Below are positions 9,084 through 22,020 of a stretch of DNA of 46,582 bases, one piece after another (within the stretch, counting starts at the first letter, position 1; each line of letters begins with the position of its first letter). Source of the stretch: Bigelowiella natans CCMP2755 (taxonomy: Eukaryota > Protista > Cercozoa). Location: NCBI GenBank assembly GCA_000320545.1, contig ADNK01003229.1:1-46582 (forward strand), read 5' to 3'. A model generated the notes under the pieces. It worked only from the letters and a program-made list of their open reading frames with translations. It searched no databases and was not told the origin of the DNA. Made by a program: the position numbers and the translations under genes.

Positions 9084-11016
9084 ATGTCGCTCCTCCGCCA
9101 GTTTATTCGTCGTCGATGCCTTACCACTAGTGATAGGAGATGGCCACGATGTGGTTTTGCCCATCTCTCGCGAGAATTTGAGGTGAACCCAGACAGAATA
9201 AGAGAGTATCATAGCAATGAGCAAGCTGTGAAAGGCGTGTGCGATTTGCTCTTGATTGCATTATATTTTTTCAGGCTAGCGTCGGAAAATACGCCGCAAA
9301 TCCAGCCCTATCTGTACCACAGCAGAGCTTAGAACTGAGCTACGAGAAACTTCATGAAAAGGTAGGGTACTACTTGTGTTGTTACGAAAAGTATTTGCAA
9401 AACGAATCAAATACAGGTTCTCTTTCTTGCCAGCGCTCTCACATCGAACGGGTACGTAGGAAATGAATATAACATAACTTGGGCCGTTGTAAACAACGAA
9501 ACACATCCGTTGTAGGTCTGCCTCATTCTCTGTTCATATGCCGTGGTAGCGTTATTTTGAGTTGGTATTTTGGCAATTTACAAAGGTATGGTAAGGAATC
9601 TGGCATCCTCATCGACCTCCCAAACACTGCTGAAAATTTAATCCTCCAGCTAGCTTGCTCGCGGGTTGGAGTTACTGGTTGTGGATACTCGTGTTTAACT
9701 ATCGATTCATTTTTCCCTTGACGAACGACTGCATGTGCTCGTATCAGCCCTCTAATTAAATCTTTTGCAATAATTCCCAAGTCATCACAACGAAAGACCC
9801 CACAGAGACCCTGACAAACCTACTCGACGCCTCAAACTGTGGAGCTGCCGTTACCGAATCCTCCGAGCTGATGGGAAAGATCCCTGTAGAGAAGAAGCGC
9901 AAGATGCTCCCACCCGTTGTTGTCACGGAGGAGGACATGAGCTCAACGGCGTCAAAAGTACTACCTCTTGACGATACATGAGAATTATAATTAGGCTCTT
10001 GATTTGCCACACTGTCATATCGCTACCAAATTTACATCCGAGGTCCTCTTTTAAAAATGAAATTCCGCCCAGGTTGAATCACTATCAGGCACACCAATTA
10101 TCTTCGAAAATGCAACTCGAGAGGCTGCTGGCAGGCTTCCAGATATACTCCATGATCCCTCCGATGTACACGCAATGTTTGGAGCTGCCAAGCTTACGCA
10201 CGAAAGCATCATCGACCAAGGGAGAAGGTCTTAAAACATGAAGATAGTTTTCTTGCACTTTGTACCTTTTAAATGCGATCTTTCTATCTGTCTGTCAGTG
10301 CGAAAGATTACTTAGCCATGGAGGAAGCCGACAGTGTATGCGTGTCTATAACTCTCTGCCATGCTTTTGGAATCGGTAAGATGAATAATCTGTATCACAA
10401 CATCGTGCAATCATCACTTACCATCATCATTTTTACTAAAAGCAAGCGCGGTTAGCAGCACGTTGATGGCGGGAGGGACGGTAGTCTTGCCTGCTGTGGG
10501 AGGGATTCGTGGCTGTGGTAATCCAAACCAGCGAGCAGAGGTGATGTCTAGCAGTGGGCGCGATAGATGTGGGATTGTGTCTACCAACTTGTAGAGTAAT
10601 TTTTTTGAGCCCGTTTTCTTAGGTGACTCTGTCCGTGTTGAAGTCGGAGGCATGCACGCTTCTTTTTGCGGATTCACACACGCTAAAGGCGTTGCCCCCT
10701 CCCCAGCCAAATGACGGTATGAGAAATTCAAACTTTTAATTTGTGCCGATGGAAGCGAACAAGACAAACTAAATACATCAAACCATGTGCCTTCACTCCA
10801 TTAGATCTATCAAAGTTTCGTGGCGGTGTGGTCAAAATTGGCTCTGGAGCGGAATTCCTTGAAGATGTGGTCAGTGCATCAATGATAACAACAAACCGAC
10901 AAAATCAATTTACAGCCTTCAAATTACCACAGACCTCAGCGGATCTGGGCAAAGGCGATGTTCGAGAGCTAGTTTATGCGGGCGAGAGACTGGTTGCTTT
11001 TGGCAAGCGGAAATAG
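9084..11016 (+). CDS. AMP-binding (acyl-CoA synthetase-like) protein, truncated, with predicted mitochondrial presequence
   Basis: Spliced exons by eye: MSLLRQFIRRRCLTT...; ELSYEKLHEK; GILIDLPNTAENLILQLACSRVGV; KLTHESIIDQG; VCVSITLCHAFGIG; VLKSEACTLLFAD; DLSKFRGGVVK; ...AFGKRK*. These match the N-terminal half of ANL-superfamily enzymes. Confidence 0.75.
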
Positions 11017-11457
11017 TCTTAGTGATCGCATCATGCAATCACGATGCTTCTTTTACATGCATCTACATCACTAGTATCTTGTATAACATCTTGGAACGGT
11101 CTAGTGGTGTTATTGGTAGACACAAGGTGATCGTACGTCATCTTGCACATCAGCGGATTCTAGGATTGGCCAAACACAGGTGCGCCTCGAATAGTTTGGT
11201 GCTGGATATATAGTTGCATATATATATAGCGGCACACAGCATCCGTTTGTACATGACTAGATGAGCAGCTACACTAGTATACATGACAGGTGCATTATTT
11301 GTTGCTCCGCTTCGATTCCCTCGCTGTCTGCATGTATGCACGGCTAGACTGTGCGATGGAAGCATGTTTAGATGTGTCAATCCTACGCTGCAGCAAATGA
11401 ATGACGTCGAAGTGCATGTAGTGCAGCAGCCAGCATGCGTGCTATCGATCGCTTACG

Positions 11458-11501
<44 letters not shown>

Positions 11502-11675
11502 GTAGCATACGAGTCGTACTTATGCACGCTGCTGATGACTAAATGAAGGCGTACAGGTGGATAGAGTTCACACTATTCTCACGACAAACGGTCTGGATTT
11601 CCGCCTATCTCCGTGATCTATTCGAAAATGTTACAGCAACACATGTACGTATTTTTTTCGCATTTCATGACTCAT

Positions 11676-11969
11676 TCACTCTTCCTTCTTATCTCCCGTG
11701 ACGGACATTTTCGGCAGAGAGAATTTTTTGAAGGAGAAGGGGGCCAGCTTCCATTCTGGATGCTCGAATGCTAGTTTACACTCAACATATGATACTCCTG
11801 CACCGAAACCAGTGGCTAAACTAGTAACTGCTGTTCGCGCCATACCACCGCGGAAAAACACTAAGGCCACAGCAGCACCGCTAAGAAGACCTGTACCTGA
11901 TCGCACAAAGAAGTTCTCCGCACACTTATCCCACATTTCGGACATCTTATACTCGGATGGCTTGGACAT
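11676..11969 (-). CDS. MIC10: MICOS complex subunit Mic10
   Basis: 97-aa ORF SEYKMSEMWDKCAENF...GTGLLSGAAVALVFF...GFGAGVSYVEC, with two Gly-rich TM helices and the W-D-x-C and GxGxGxxY motifs. Confidence 0.9.
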   Translation of the reverse strand: MSKPSEYKMSEMWDKCAENFFVRSGTGLLSGAAVALVFFRGGMARTAVTSLATGFGAGVSYVECKLAFEHPEWKLAPFSFKKFSLPKMSVTGDKKEE

Positions 11970-12106
11970 CTCAACTGCTATGCTGCTTCTATGTGCTAGT
12001 GTAGTTGTGTGCTCCTTCAGTCGCTAGTCTGCCGCATATTATCACATAAAGTTTAGGATTCAATAAGCAAAACAAAGACATACATACACGTGCACGAGTG
12101 CGCGCG

Positions 12107-12139
<33 letters not shown>

Positions 12140-12254
12140 GCACATGAGATCAATATGGACAATAAATTTACTCACATTATAATTAGATAGCAAAGGGAAG
12201 GGTGAACTACTACATCATGAATTTGTGTAGTATAGTGACAAATTAAAGATTTTT

Positions 12255-12886
12255 TGTAATCAGACAAGCGCCTCGTTTAAGAATGTTGTCGGATTTTTTT
12301 GGGTACAAAGCAGACACGAAAGTTAAGGAAAGAAAAGTTAATAGTGAAATACAAATTATTATGTAAATCGCGAATGCATGCGCGTGCGCGGCGTGCAGAG
12401 GGGGGCGGATCTCACCCACGGAAGTGCGACGTGCTCGATCAGATTTACCTTCTGCAAGCCTTGAGGGTTGCACCAGCCATTTCGCCTTTATTTTATTTAA
12501 ACGACCAGGTAAAATGGAAGACTTTGCTGCTTTTAAACTGGATCGATAACGTTGAGACAGCACGGTGTTGCTGTTCGAAGTAGGAGATGTTCTGGAGAGT
12601 CCCATGCATCTCTGACCCTTGGTGTGCACAGGCGACATGCAGTACTTTTGTGCCTAGATTTATGTTCGACGACAAGGGCACATGTCCAAACGCAGTATGT
12701 CTTTTCTTTCTTTCTCGGCCTTCCCCGTGTGGTGGAAAAGGGTTCTGGTACGATCCAAAAATTATACGTGAAACATCGGAGCAACGTACGAAACGTGGGA
12801 CAAAAATCGATCTAGATACTAAATCCACTTCGAAGATCAATGACAGCAGATTTACGGTTAAGGACATGCGAATAATCAAGTCGTAA
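12255..12886 (+). CDS. Uncharacterised protein (spliced; start not located)
   Basis: GT-AG bounded exons join in frame: ...GGGSHPRKCDVLDQIYLLQALRVAPAISPLFYLNDQ / ATCSTFVPRFMFDDKGT / WFWYDPKIIRET...IIKS*. No family recognised. Confidence 0.4.
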
Positions 12887-13143
12887 AGTATAAATTGGCT
12901 CTTTCGACTCTGACACCCATTTCAGAAGCATCTCAACATCCGCATGCTTTAGGCGGGACTGATGTTCATATATTTTATCTTTACGACATAGATATTATCC
13001 TTATTAGAGAGTATTTATGGTAGATTTTAGACTTTCATCTTGGTATATGATGGAGAATAAATCCTAAATCGCCTCGCACGCTCTCAACCTACGTGATCCT
13101 CTCGCTGCTCGTTTACCTGATTGCCTGAAATACAGCCCTCTCA

Positions 13144-14481
13144 ATGGAATCGAAGAAAGAGAGGGGTGGTTCCGAGTTATCGGATGGCCCATGGATCTTG
13201 ATGACAGGTGGGACCGGTGGAATCGGGGCACATTTGGAGGAAAAGCTCGCCCTCCGCTATAAAATTCTCAGTGCTTCCCGCTCTGCCTCTCCGGGTGGAA
13301 TTGAAGAGCGAAATTCACGGATAGTAAGTGTACAGGTGGATCTTACAGATGATAAAGGTCGCTGGAAATTTATTTCATAGTGTCTCGCTTTTATGTCACC
13401 TTTCATTTTTTCCTGGCCGGCTTTGCCGGCTTACAATACTGTCATTTCGGGATAACTGCAGGCAGCGTTTTATTCTTCGTCAACGAGCATTAGTTAGTGT
13501 GCTCCGAAGATTTTCATTGTAATTGAAAATGCTACCTGTTCTCAAACTGCAGGAGTATTGCCGATTATTGAGTCTAGCAATCAATAAATTGACCTATGAT
13601 TATGCTAATTCATACATCATGCCTCATAACTTAGCTCTATCGAAGATACCAGAGAAGAAAATTGAATGGATAGTCCATTTAGCAACTACCTACAACGTGA
13701 AAAAGGTTGCCAAATTCCACATGCGTACAGAACAGAGGCTAACTTAAACGATTTGGTGAACAGGACAAGGCGATGGTTGCCAATCTTCTCAGGCTTGCAG
13801 CGGAGCGCAATATCCCAAACATATGCTTTTTCAGGTCTGTATTTCTATTTATTCCCATCGACTTTCATTCTATTGAGATGAAATTGTTTCCTGACTTTGT
13901 TGACTTTCAAATGGTCCCCTTCACCTCTCTTCATTGCATTGCAGTTCCTGGGTTGTGTCATTTCCAAGCCGCCTTGTAATGGAGCCATACCTCAAGATGA
14001 AGGTAATATTCCTGCCGCTCACACTAGTATCCACACTCGCGTATCTATCTGATTTTCATCATTAAATCTAAGTCAGAACATGCGTACGTATTTTAACTCA
14101 CATTGTCCTCCCCCCGGTTGAATTCTCCTTCCCCATTCTCAGGGACAATGCGAAAATCTAATTAAGGACTTTTGCAATAAGAATGGCAAGCATTACTTTA
14201 TCGTGAGACCCAGGTAGCAGCCTATTGACCTGAGCTGTGCATCGTGGGGACTGCTGCGAAAGGAGAGGCTCTGGAGATTTCTAGAATTAGCAGTTATATT
14301 GCTGAATATTAAGTTTTTCCAACTCCCCCCCCTTTCAGTGTCGTGATAGGAGAGAACCTAAGCTGGTCGAGGACTCTGAACCGATTATGGTACGTTGGAA
14401 AGTGACCACTTCCTGATATAATAAGCATTTGTATCGAGTGGTATAAATAGTGGTATAAATATCGAGTGGTATAAATACGCA

Positions 14482-14516
<35 letters not shown>

Positions 14517-15020
14517 ACATACATAGGTACGTGCGGCAACTTATCCCACGCAACATGTTCCGTTGTTGGATCTCTATCGACCATGTCGCTGCAGCCGTTG
14601 ATCACCATCTTAAAGGTGCTTTTTAGGGGAAGGAAGAGAGGGTTGAAATGGGATGATAAAGAAGGAATAAAATATCTAGAGTAACTGTATGTTGTTGGGC
14701 CAAACCATTCATTCTTATCTTGCAATTAATACTGATTTGGATTAATATTCCAGCTGTGGAGGAAAAGCGAGGGGAGAGTCGCGTAATGCAACTTTTGGGA
14801 GAACGGTAACAAGCTCACTCCTAATCTTCCCGAAGCTTGTCTTCCTTTATCCTGAAGGTTCCTCTCATTGTTTGCTTCTTCTCGTCCAATAATAGTGAAT
14901 CGCTGTTTCACGCTACACACACGCGGACGGTGAGCTCCACCCTCTGGCGACCAATCCAAGATGATGTAGTACCTTTCATTTCATCATATAGGAACAACAG
15001 AATAAAGAGTGCAAGTTAGA
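13144..15020 (+). CDS. Extended/atypical SDR (NAD(P)-dependent epimerase/dehydratase-like) domain
   Basis: Exons give ILMTGGTGGIG (Rossmann), VQVDLTD, IEWIVHLA, SSWV...PYLKMKGQCE (Ser plus YxxxK), YFIVRPSVVIG and WISIDHVAAA. The 3' end may continue into the FAD oxidase. Confidence 0.8.
14433..14476. repeat. Intronic mini tandem repeat, 3 x AGTGGTATAAAT
   Basis: Copies at about 14437, 14449 and 14465. Confidence 0.8.
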
Positions 15021-15044
15021 TGTATACATATATAAGCGTTTTTG

Positions 15045-15087
<43 letters not shown>

Positions 15088-15476
15088 TTATATATATATT
15101 TATATATGTAGAGTTCCCTTTTACTACTACTACCCATTGCCCTCCCCCAACCTTGCAATGTGATATTTGTGGTTAAATGGGATCTTTCTGCGAATACTGA
15201 GCAGGTTGCAAGCATCCTCCTGTGGCTCGTGGCGCCGCTTACCTTCATTTTCAGAATGCTTATGTACGTCGTTGTGCTGTGAGCATTATGATGACATATA
15301 GTGTGGAAAGATCATGTGGGACGAATATTAGAAATGGCTGCCATATGGTGTTATATAGGAACGTTATCCACTTAATTTTGAGATAAAGTGAAGATATACA
15401 GGCTAATTGTTTCTTCTTTGTTTTCTCCTCCTCCTCCTCCTCCTCCCCCTCCTCCTGTTCTTCTTCTTTTCCTTCA

Positions 15477-16002
15477 GGTACATGATACTGACAGTGGTGT
15501 CATGGTTCTCTACGTACCTCAATTCCTTCTACATCCAGCACTTCAGACCTACCGACATCGAAGAGTTTCTCTCCTTCTTCAACTCGTAAGAACTGATAGC
15601 AGCCAAATCCGATCAACTAGCTGTCTATTAAAGCACAATATAATACACGATTGCTAAATATAAATAAAGCATTGGGGGTTTCAGCAGGTGACCTTGAGAT
15701 GTCTCTGACTTTAGGTACAACAACTGCCTCGTGAGTGGTGCAGAAAATATGCTACTCTGGCACTATACGCCGCCCTGGATCATCGAGCAGAAAAAGGTTT
15801 GCGATGCCGATGAGTTTGCATATTTCTAGCGAAGAGGAATGATAATGTTTTCACTAATGTGAGGAGAGTCGCCTGCTCCCCATCCCTCGAAATAATATGC
15901 TGACGGCGTGTTGGGGCTTGTTGTGCGCAGATTCTTGTCACCACGCGAGGACTGAATAAAATCCATAAGATCACATCTGAGACTGTGGTGTGCGACGCAG
16001 GG

Positions 16003-16047
<45 letters not shown>

Positions 16048-17073
16048 TGTGTTTTATTTATGAGACATGCGACATCCAGGTGACGATGGCTGAGTTGCTC
16101 AAGGCGCTAAAAAAAGAGAATCTTACAATCACAACGTAATAATAGCAGCATCAGTCCATTGTGTGTGTGTTTTCGTCGATGTCATCTAAATCTTCGTTTT
16201 TATCTCTTCTACCCTCTCCTCGTTCATCACAACTGATTTATTACGGATGTTTTCAATTTTGGCCATGGCATTTTGAGAGAGAGCTTTGTCATAAGTTCTA
16301 ATACGACGCGCAAGAGATGAGGATGATGATGATGATGATGGCGATGATGATGAAGCACCTACTTTTCATATATTTATTTATTTATGTATTGTTTCTGGTG
16401 GCTGCTGTTCGCAATCACCGATGTAACACACTAAGATCCTAATCCCCACATAGATATCCAAATTATCACAATATCTCTCTCGGCGCGTGTGTAGCGGTAA
16501 TAAATAATAGCACGATTGAAGGAATAAAACAGACGGGGGGGGCAATTTCATCATACACGCGAGAGGAAGAAACGCAGGCATGGCATCACTTTCATGTGGG
16601 ACACGAATGTAGTGTTTCGATACTACATTTTATGCTGTTCATGCGCACGTACGTCACGACAGGGCGCAGATTGTGCGGAGGATTCCCTGAATTATAAATA
16701 TTATTGCATTGGATTAGGTACCGGTTCATGGCCACAGCCATCAATTCGCCACCGTCGCGACATTAATCAACAGCATAAAGGTTGGATCAATATAAGAAAG
16801 TTTGGGAGGGGGGGGGAAGGAAGGGTTAAGGCTGTATGATTTGGTGGTGAGTAGTGTGAAAAGTTCTCAATAGAAGCGAGAAGAGGTTGTTTCTAATTTA
16901 CATTTGCGTCCTCAATGCAAGGGAGATTAGCAGGGTGATAAGAAGGTTTTGGTTGATGCATGATGGATGAATGACAATAATGTAGGTATTCGACATCGAC
17001 ACGCAGAAATGCAAGGTCTTGAAGAAAGGCACCAAGGAATTCAAAAACCTCATATTCAATACGAACAATGTAA

Positions 17074-17105
<32 letters not shown>

Positions 17106-17639
17106 AATGCCGAAAAGTATCCTAGTAGGTGCTTCTGAGAGGTCTGAATACTTCCTTTTTACCATCCAATATCTTCATAATATTATATGGTAATAATAAT
17201 TATCATCGTCATCATTATTGCGAATAATCAGAATACGCTGGTCCTTCAAGTGGATATTCAGCCTTGCCCTTTAGAAGAGTTTGTGAAGACGAGAAAACGT
17301 TTAGATTTCGTGACTTCCACACCCGATGTTCTAATAAAAAACGCAAAGTTTGGAGACAGCTGCGAGGTATCCGCACACAAGTCTATTTTAATCAAATCTA
17401 CCTTCCATCATATATCATTTTTCTCCAATTTTCAATCTCTCTTTCTTTCAGCATCTCTCGCAATTTCCTTTATCTCTTTACCAGTTCTTTCTATCATTGT
17501 ATCCCATTAAAGATTGTTCCTTCTTCCAAGCCATAATTCTTGTTTCTCGCACTTCTTTCTTCTGTAATAATAGGTGCGGATGTACGTGCCGGTTTTGGAC
17601 GTTTTCCTCGGTTCCATGCCTGGGGTATCATGCGCGCGC

Positions 17640-17715
<76 letters not shown>

Positions 17716-19416
17716 GTGTACGTGTGTGGGGGTGTGTTTGGGGTGTATCAACATACGTGAATACATTTATAAATGCATGTGAAATACAACAAGGAAATGA
17801 GGAGTATGATCCACACGGCTTCAACTTTTTCTTAAGATCGTTTCATCATTCCCAGGTGTTGAAAAAAACCCCGATGATAAAAGGGCTACTGCTCACTGCG
17901 ACCGTATGGAACAAAAGGAACAAAAAAGGAGGGGGGGTGGTGGAATCGTCTGGTTCACTCGATGAGAAGGTATTACTTTTACTGCAGGAGAGATGAGAGA
18001 GACAGTGGTGGGGAATCTCCGTCTTTATCGTTATGCTTGGACGCTATCACCGTAATGATCGTTCCAAAATATCCAGAGTTTGAGACCGGACAGCAGTGAC
18101 GTGTCTGGTAAACTAGAAATCGAAAAAGTGAAAGGTAAGAAGACGTTTCCAGATTTTGCAGCCATCATAATCGAAATCCGTGTTGTAGTCGTTGCTCATG
18201 CATCAATGTTGATCCTTGTTGCTTTTGCTGCACAACCAACCTTCACTTAACTCTTTTTCCTATTATATATTGATGCTTCAAAAGTGTGCGATTACGTGTG
18301 CGTTGTTACTCATGTACGTCGAGGTAGAAGTGCACTACTGATGATGATGAAATTCATGACGATACAGGCGATATAAATTGGAAGCGATATGTAGAGAAAT
18401 CTACGAAGTTTCTCTGGAGTTTAGGGTTTGTCATCACAGCCGATTGAGATTATAGCATGAACACATTACAGAGAGCAGAAGACACACCAGAAAAAAAATT
18501 ATATACCCGTGGCAATATGCGACACAATCCTGCATGATTTCAGCATTCATCATCATACTCATCATCATCATTGTTGTTTTTGTTGTCTCAACGCTGACGG
18601 CGTCTCATGTCCTCAGATCGAAGTTGATCATGAACACTGAATGGTTCTTTACTGAGGAGGAATTTATTGTCTTCTGGAAGTATTACCAGAAAAACTGGTG
18701 GCGATTTGGCTGGTAAGACTGCATAGTTGATAAACGCTTAACACCAACCACACACTGTTGCTATGAAGAACAAAATGAGAACATGAGCAGAATGGCAATC
18801 ATTAGAATAACAAGCAGACCTCAGTCGACGTGATTTGACGTAAAGAGACGAAAAAGAAGTCCAACGGGAGTAGTGGATATGTATGCAATCTCTACGAAGA
18901 ACTCTCATTTCCATGATCAATTCTATAGGTACAAAATCCTTATCCGACATTGTAAAGCCGATGAATTCCCCCACTCTCCATGTTACCAGCGCAACGTATA
19001 CGCAATCGATATCGTTGCATTCAGGTTCTCTGTTTTGCCAATGAATCTCTCTACTCGCACTGTTACAGTCTTTATGTCTTCATAAATTTATCTAATTGTG
19101 TGTACTTACACCACCACCACTACCATTTTTGTTTTTACCATAATCATCATCATCATCGTCGTCGTCGTCGCCGTCACTTTCATCATTACCATCTCCCAGA
19201 TACCAAAGAAAGTTTCTGGCAGATATCATGCCGAAGTTCTCTAAGACAATGCATGGTAATATCGTTTGTTTGAGATAGAATCCTGAAATCGATGGAACAT
19301 AAGATGAAAAAGCGATGGAATATAAAATATGTTTGTTTTTGCTGTACTTGTTGTGGTAATCAGCTGGAAAGTTCCTGTGCACGGACCCCGATGTTATCGA
19401 CAAACAGGATGTGTGA
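15477..19416 (+). CDS. PCMH-type FAD-binding oxidoreductase (aldonolactone-oxidase/DprE1-like architecture)
   Basis: Exons join in phase: HFRPTDIEEFL / YNNCLVSGAEN / ILVTTRGLNKI..VVCDAG / VTMAELLKALKKENL / YPNYHNISLGACVA / VPVHG.../ ...YKILIRHCKADEFPHSPCYQRNVYAIDI / ...MH-AGKFLCTDPDVIDKQDV*. The HAGK motif resembles the ALO-type HWGK. Confidence 0.8.
17632..17750. repeat. (CA)n-(TA)n-(TG)n intronic compound microsatellite
   Basis: Direct reading, inside an oxidase-gene intron. Confidence 0.88.
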
Positions 19417-20351
19417 GGGGGGCTAGCTTCTGTACAATGTATCCAACAACGTCCTCAAAAAGTTTTTATTTTGTTGATAAGGTTGGGAGAGGAAAGTCTC
19501 TAGATGCAATGATGGTGAATTTATTGCGAGTGTGTTCAATGCAGCATCATGAAAAAACGTTCATTTTTGCTTATGATCGGTTGCACATGACAAGTACAGA
19601 ATCGACGACTCAATAAATGGATGGTGTTCGTCGCACACACGATCACCATGCAGGCGGAGTCTAGGAGTACTAGAGTAGTGCATGCGCGATGACGCACTTT
19701 ACATGCTAGCATGCCCACCAGCTGTGCTGGGTAGCTGGCACACAGCTCTGCAGCTTCTAGAGCTTGTGACTTGCACGTTGTTGGATAGCAGAAGTGTGTA
19801 TATTTGAATTCATCGCCATTGTTGTGCTATGTGATGCATGCATTTCAATGATGCTTCCGCTCATGAAATTTTTATACAGCGTATATATTATATTGCATCA
19901 AAAATCTCGCGTCTCCCTTTCATCTCATCAGCGCACTATATACACATCGCAGTCACGGTACTTGCGCAGGTGTGCATTCCAATAACGATGCCGTATACAT
20001 CGTATGCATGCGAGCTCCACACGCGGCGCTTGTATTGCGGTGCAGGTACGTACGTACTGTGGTACGTGAAAGTGAGTGCATGAGTAAGTCGTGCAGACAG
20101 CAGCATGATGCGAAACGCAATGTCACAATGCTGTGCGTGCATGAGAGTATCGTGTGAACACAATAAGCGCATATTGAGACACATGCACAGCTAGACAGTG
20201 CATGCACGTGAGTGTGCTCATAAAAAAAATAGCTCCATAGTACATACAATGTATATGATATATATTGGATATACGTGTCTATATGAGACGTGGCATCTTA
20301 CATTCTAAGAAGCACCATAATATGTTAAATGCCTATAGTCATGTCACAAAA

Positions 20352-20769
20352 TCAGGACACTTTACCTTCTGCTAGGGCTCGGTCCAAGTCTGGTAGAGGT
20401 TCATCATCACTATCAGGCAGATCATTTCCCTTTGAAGGTTTCTCCTTTTAATTATACCGTCATCAGCTCGAAGTTGGCACAGAAAAAAAAATCAATTCTT
20501 ACCTCTTTCAGCATGTTCGATATGTCGTCCTATCGTTATGGGAATGGTTCTCAAGAACGGTGTTATTACTGTTAAAAAAGAACTACCTGTGTCATGCCCC
20601 CGAACGATGGTGGAAGTCCCATAGCATCAATTTTGAGGTCTTTGCCGAAATCCTCTCCCCTCTCTGGGATGCTAGACCCGCCATCTTCTAACGCCTGCAA
20701 ACAACATCAACAATCCCCCGAGAAGGATAGCAGGGAAACAAAAGCGACAGGTAGCATACATTATGTAAA

Positions 20770-20812
<43 letters not shown>

Positions 20813-21489
20813 GTTTGAACACATATAGCATTTATACCCTCCGAGAGGAAAGAAGGCAGGCTTTCAGAAATAGGTTTGAGGCTGGAAGGACAAGTCAGCA
20901 GCGACTACTACCTCCGTTGTATCATTATCGTCTTCGTCATATAGTTCATCCTCATCCTTCCACTAAATGTTGGGAATGGTTTTGAATTACATTTGTGGCT
21001 CAAGCTAATTCTTAAATGATTATATATTTCAATCTTATGGTAGGCCACCTTATCAAAATCGATCTTGCAGTAGTTTTTAAAACGCCGTTTGTCAGCACAG
21101 AGTAAATTCCAAAATTGCTGCCAACGTTACAAATTTTATATTACGCGGGCACATACCCTGACATCTGAAGTTTCTACCTTGGAATTTGCTTTTGTAAGTT
21201 CGAACCTTGGATTTCGGCCTTCGGTATTTAATCGCGAAACCTGCCGTAGATATGAGAAGCATTAACCTGCGTCACATACAAACTTGCCCATGCTTATACT
21301 TGCCTTCGCATCTATGGCGTGTTTCAGTTCGAAGTCGAACTCATAGAGTTTCCCTCTAACGTTAGCGTTGAAGGTAATGCGTTTGTCTTCGATGGTGTGC
21401 TTGATGTCAGCTGCATCAACCAGTTGTACAGTCACGGATACCAAGTGTCGCGTCTGAGCCCACCGGAATGTGGGACAAACTGCTGCCAT
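20352..21489 (-). CDS. PTGES3: HSP90 co-chaperone p23 (CS domain)
   Basis: PTFRWAQTRHLVSVTV...YEFDFEL...ID, then KIDFDK/WKDEDE and a C-terminal DSDDEPLPDL. This is the p23/Sba1 signature across GT-AG introns. Confidence 0.88.
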
Positions 21490-21769
21490 GACCTTCGAAA
21501 TGTAATGGGGCTTAATTCAGCACTTAGATATGATGAGAGGCGGGAGCAATCTACCAATTCCGTGCACGGTGGTCGTTGTGCGGGTATCTATCTATCAAGG
21601 GTCGGTCTGGGACACGATCGTGCCAATCGTGACTCGGATGGATGGTGAGCCAAAGGCTGCTGGTTGTCGCAACTGATAATTTCCCTTTATTTTAGTATGT
21701 GTTATGAATGTATTTACAGATATTGACATGTGAGATATTAACATTTACAGATTTTCTCACATAAAAGTT

Positions 21770-21842
21770 GGGGGCGTAGTTCAGTTGGTAGAACGCCTGC
21801 TTTGCAAGCAGGAGGTAGTGGGATCGAAACCTGCCGCCTCCA
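21770..21842 (+). tRNA. trnA-UGC: tRNA-Ala(UGC)
   Basis: 73-nt cloverleaf with acceptor GGGGGCG/CGCCTCC (G3:U70 alanine determinant), anticodon arm CCTGC-TTTGCAA-GCAGG and T-loop ATCGAAA. A T7 terminator follows. Confidence 0.95.
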
Positions 21843-21947
21843 CAACTTTTTTTCAATTTTTAACATGATTTGGTAACAACCCTGGATTCTGGCCTCAAAT
21901 TTTTGGCAAAAAATTCTACGTCTTGCAAGGGAAAATAAAAAAAAAAG

Positions 21948-22020
21948 TGGAGGCGGCAGGTTTCGATCCCACTACCTCCTGCTTGCAAAGCAGGCGTTCT
22001 ACCAACTGAACTACGCCCCC
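21948..22020 (-). tRNA. trnA-UGC: tRNA-Ala(UGC), identical second copy
   Basis: Exact reverse complement of 21770-21842, with its own T-run terminator (A-run on + at about 21937-21946). Confidence 0.95.

Noticed and set aside
17494-17996. ORFs with poly-YI, poly-VC, poly-HT or poly-LS runs here and at 41139-46281
   Set aside because: They are translations of intronic dinucleotide and trinucleotide microsatellites.
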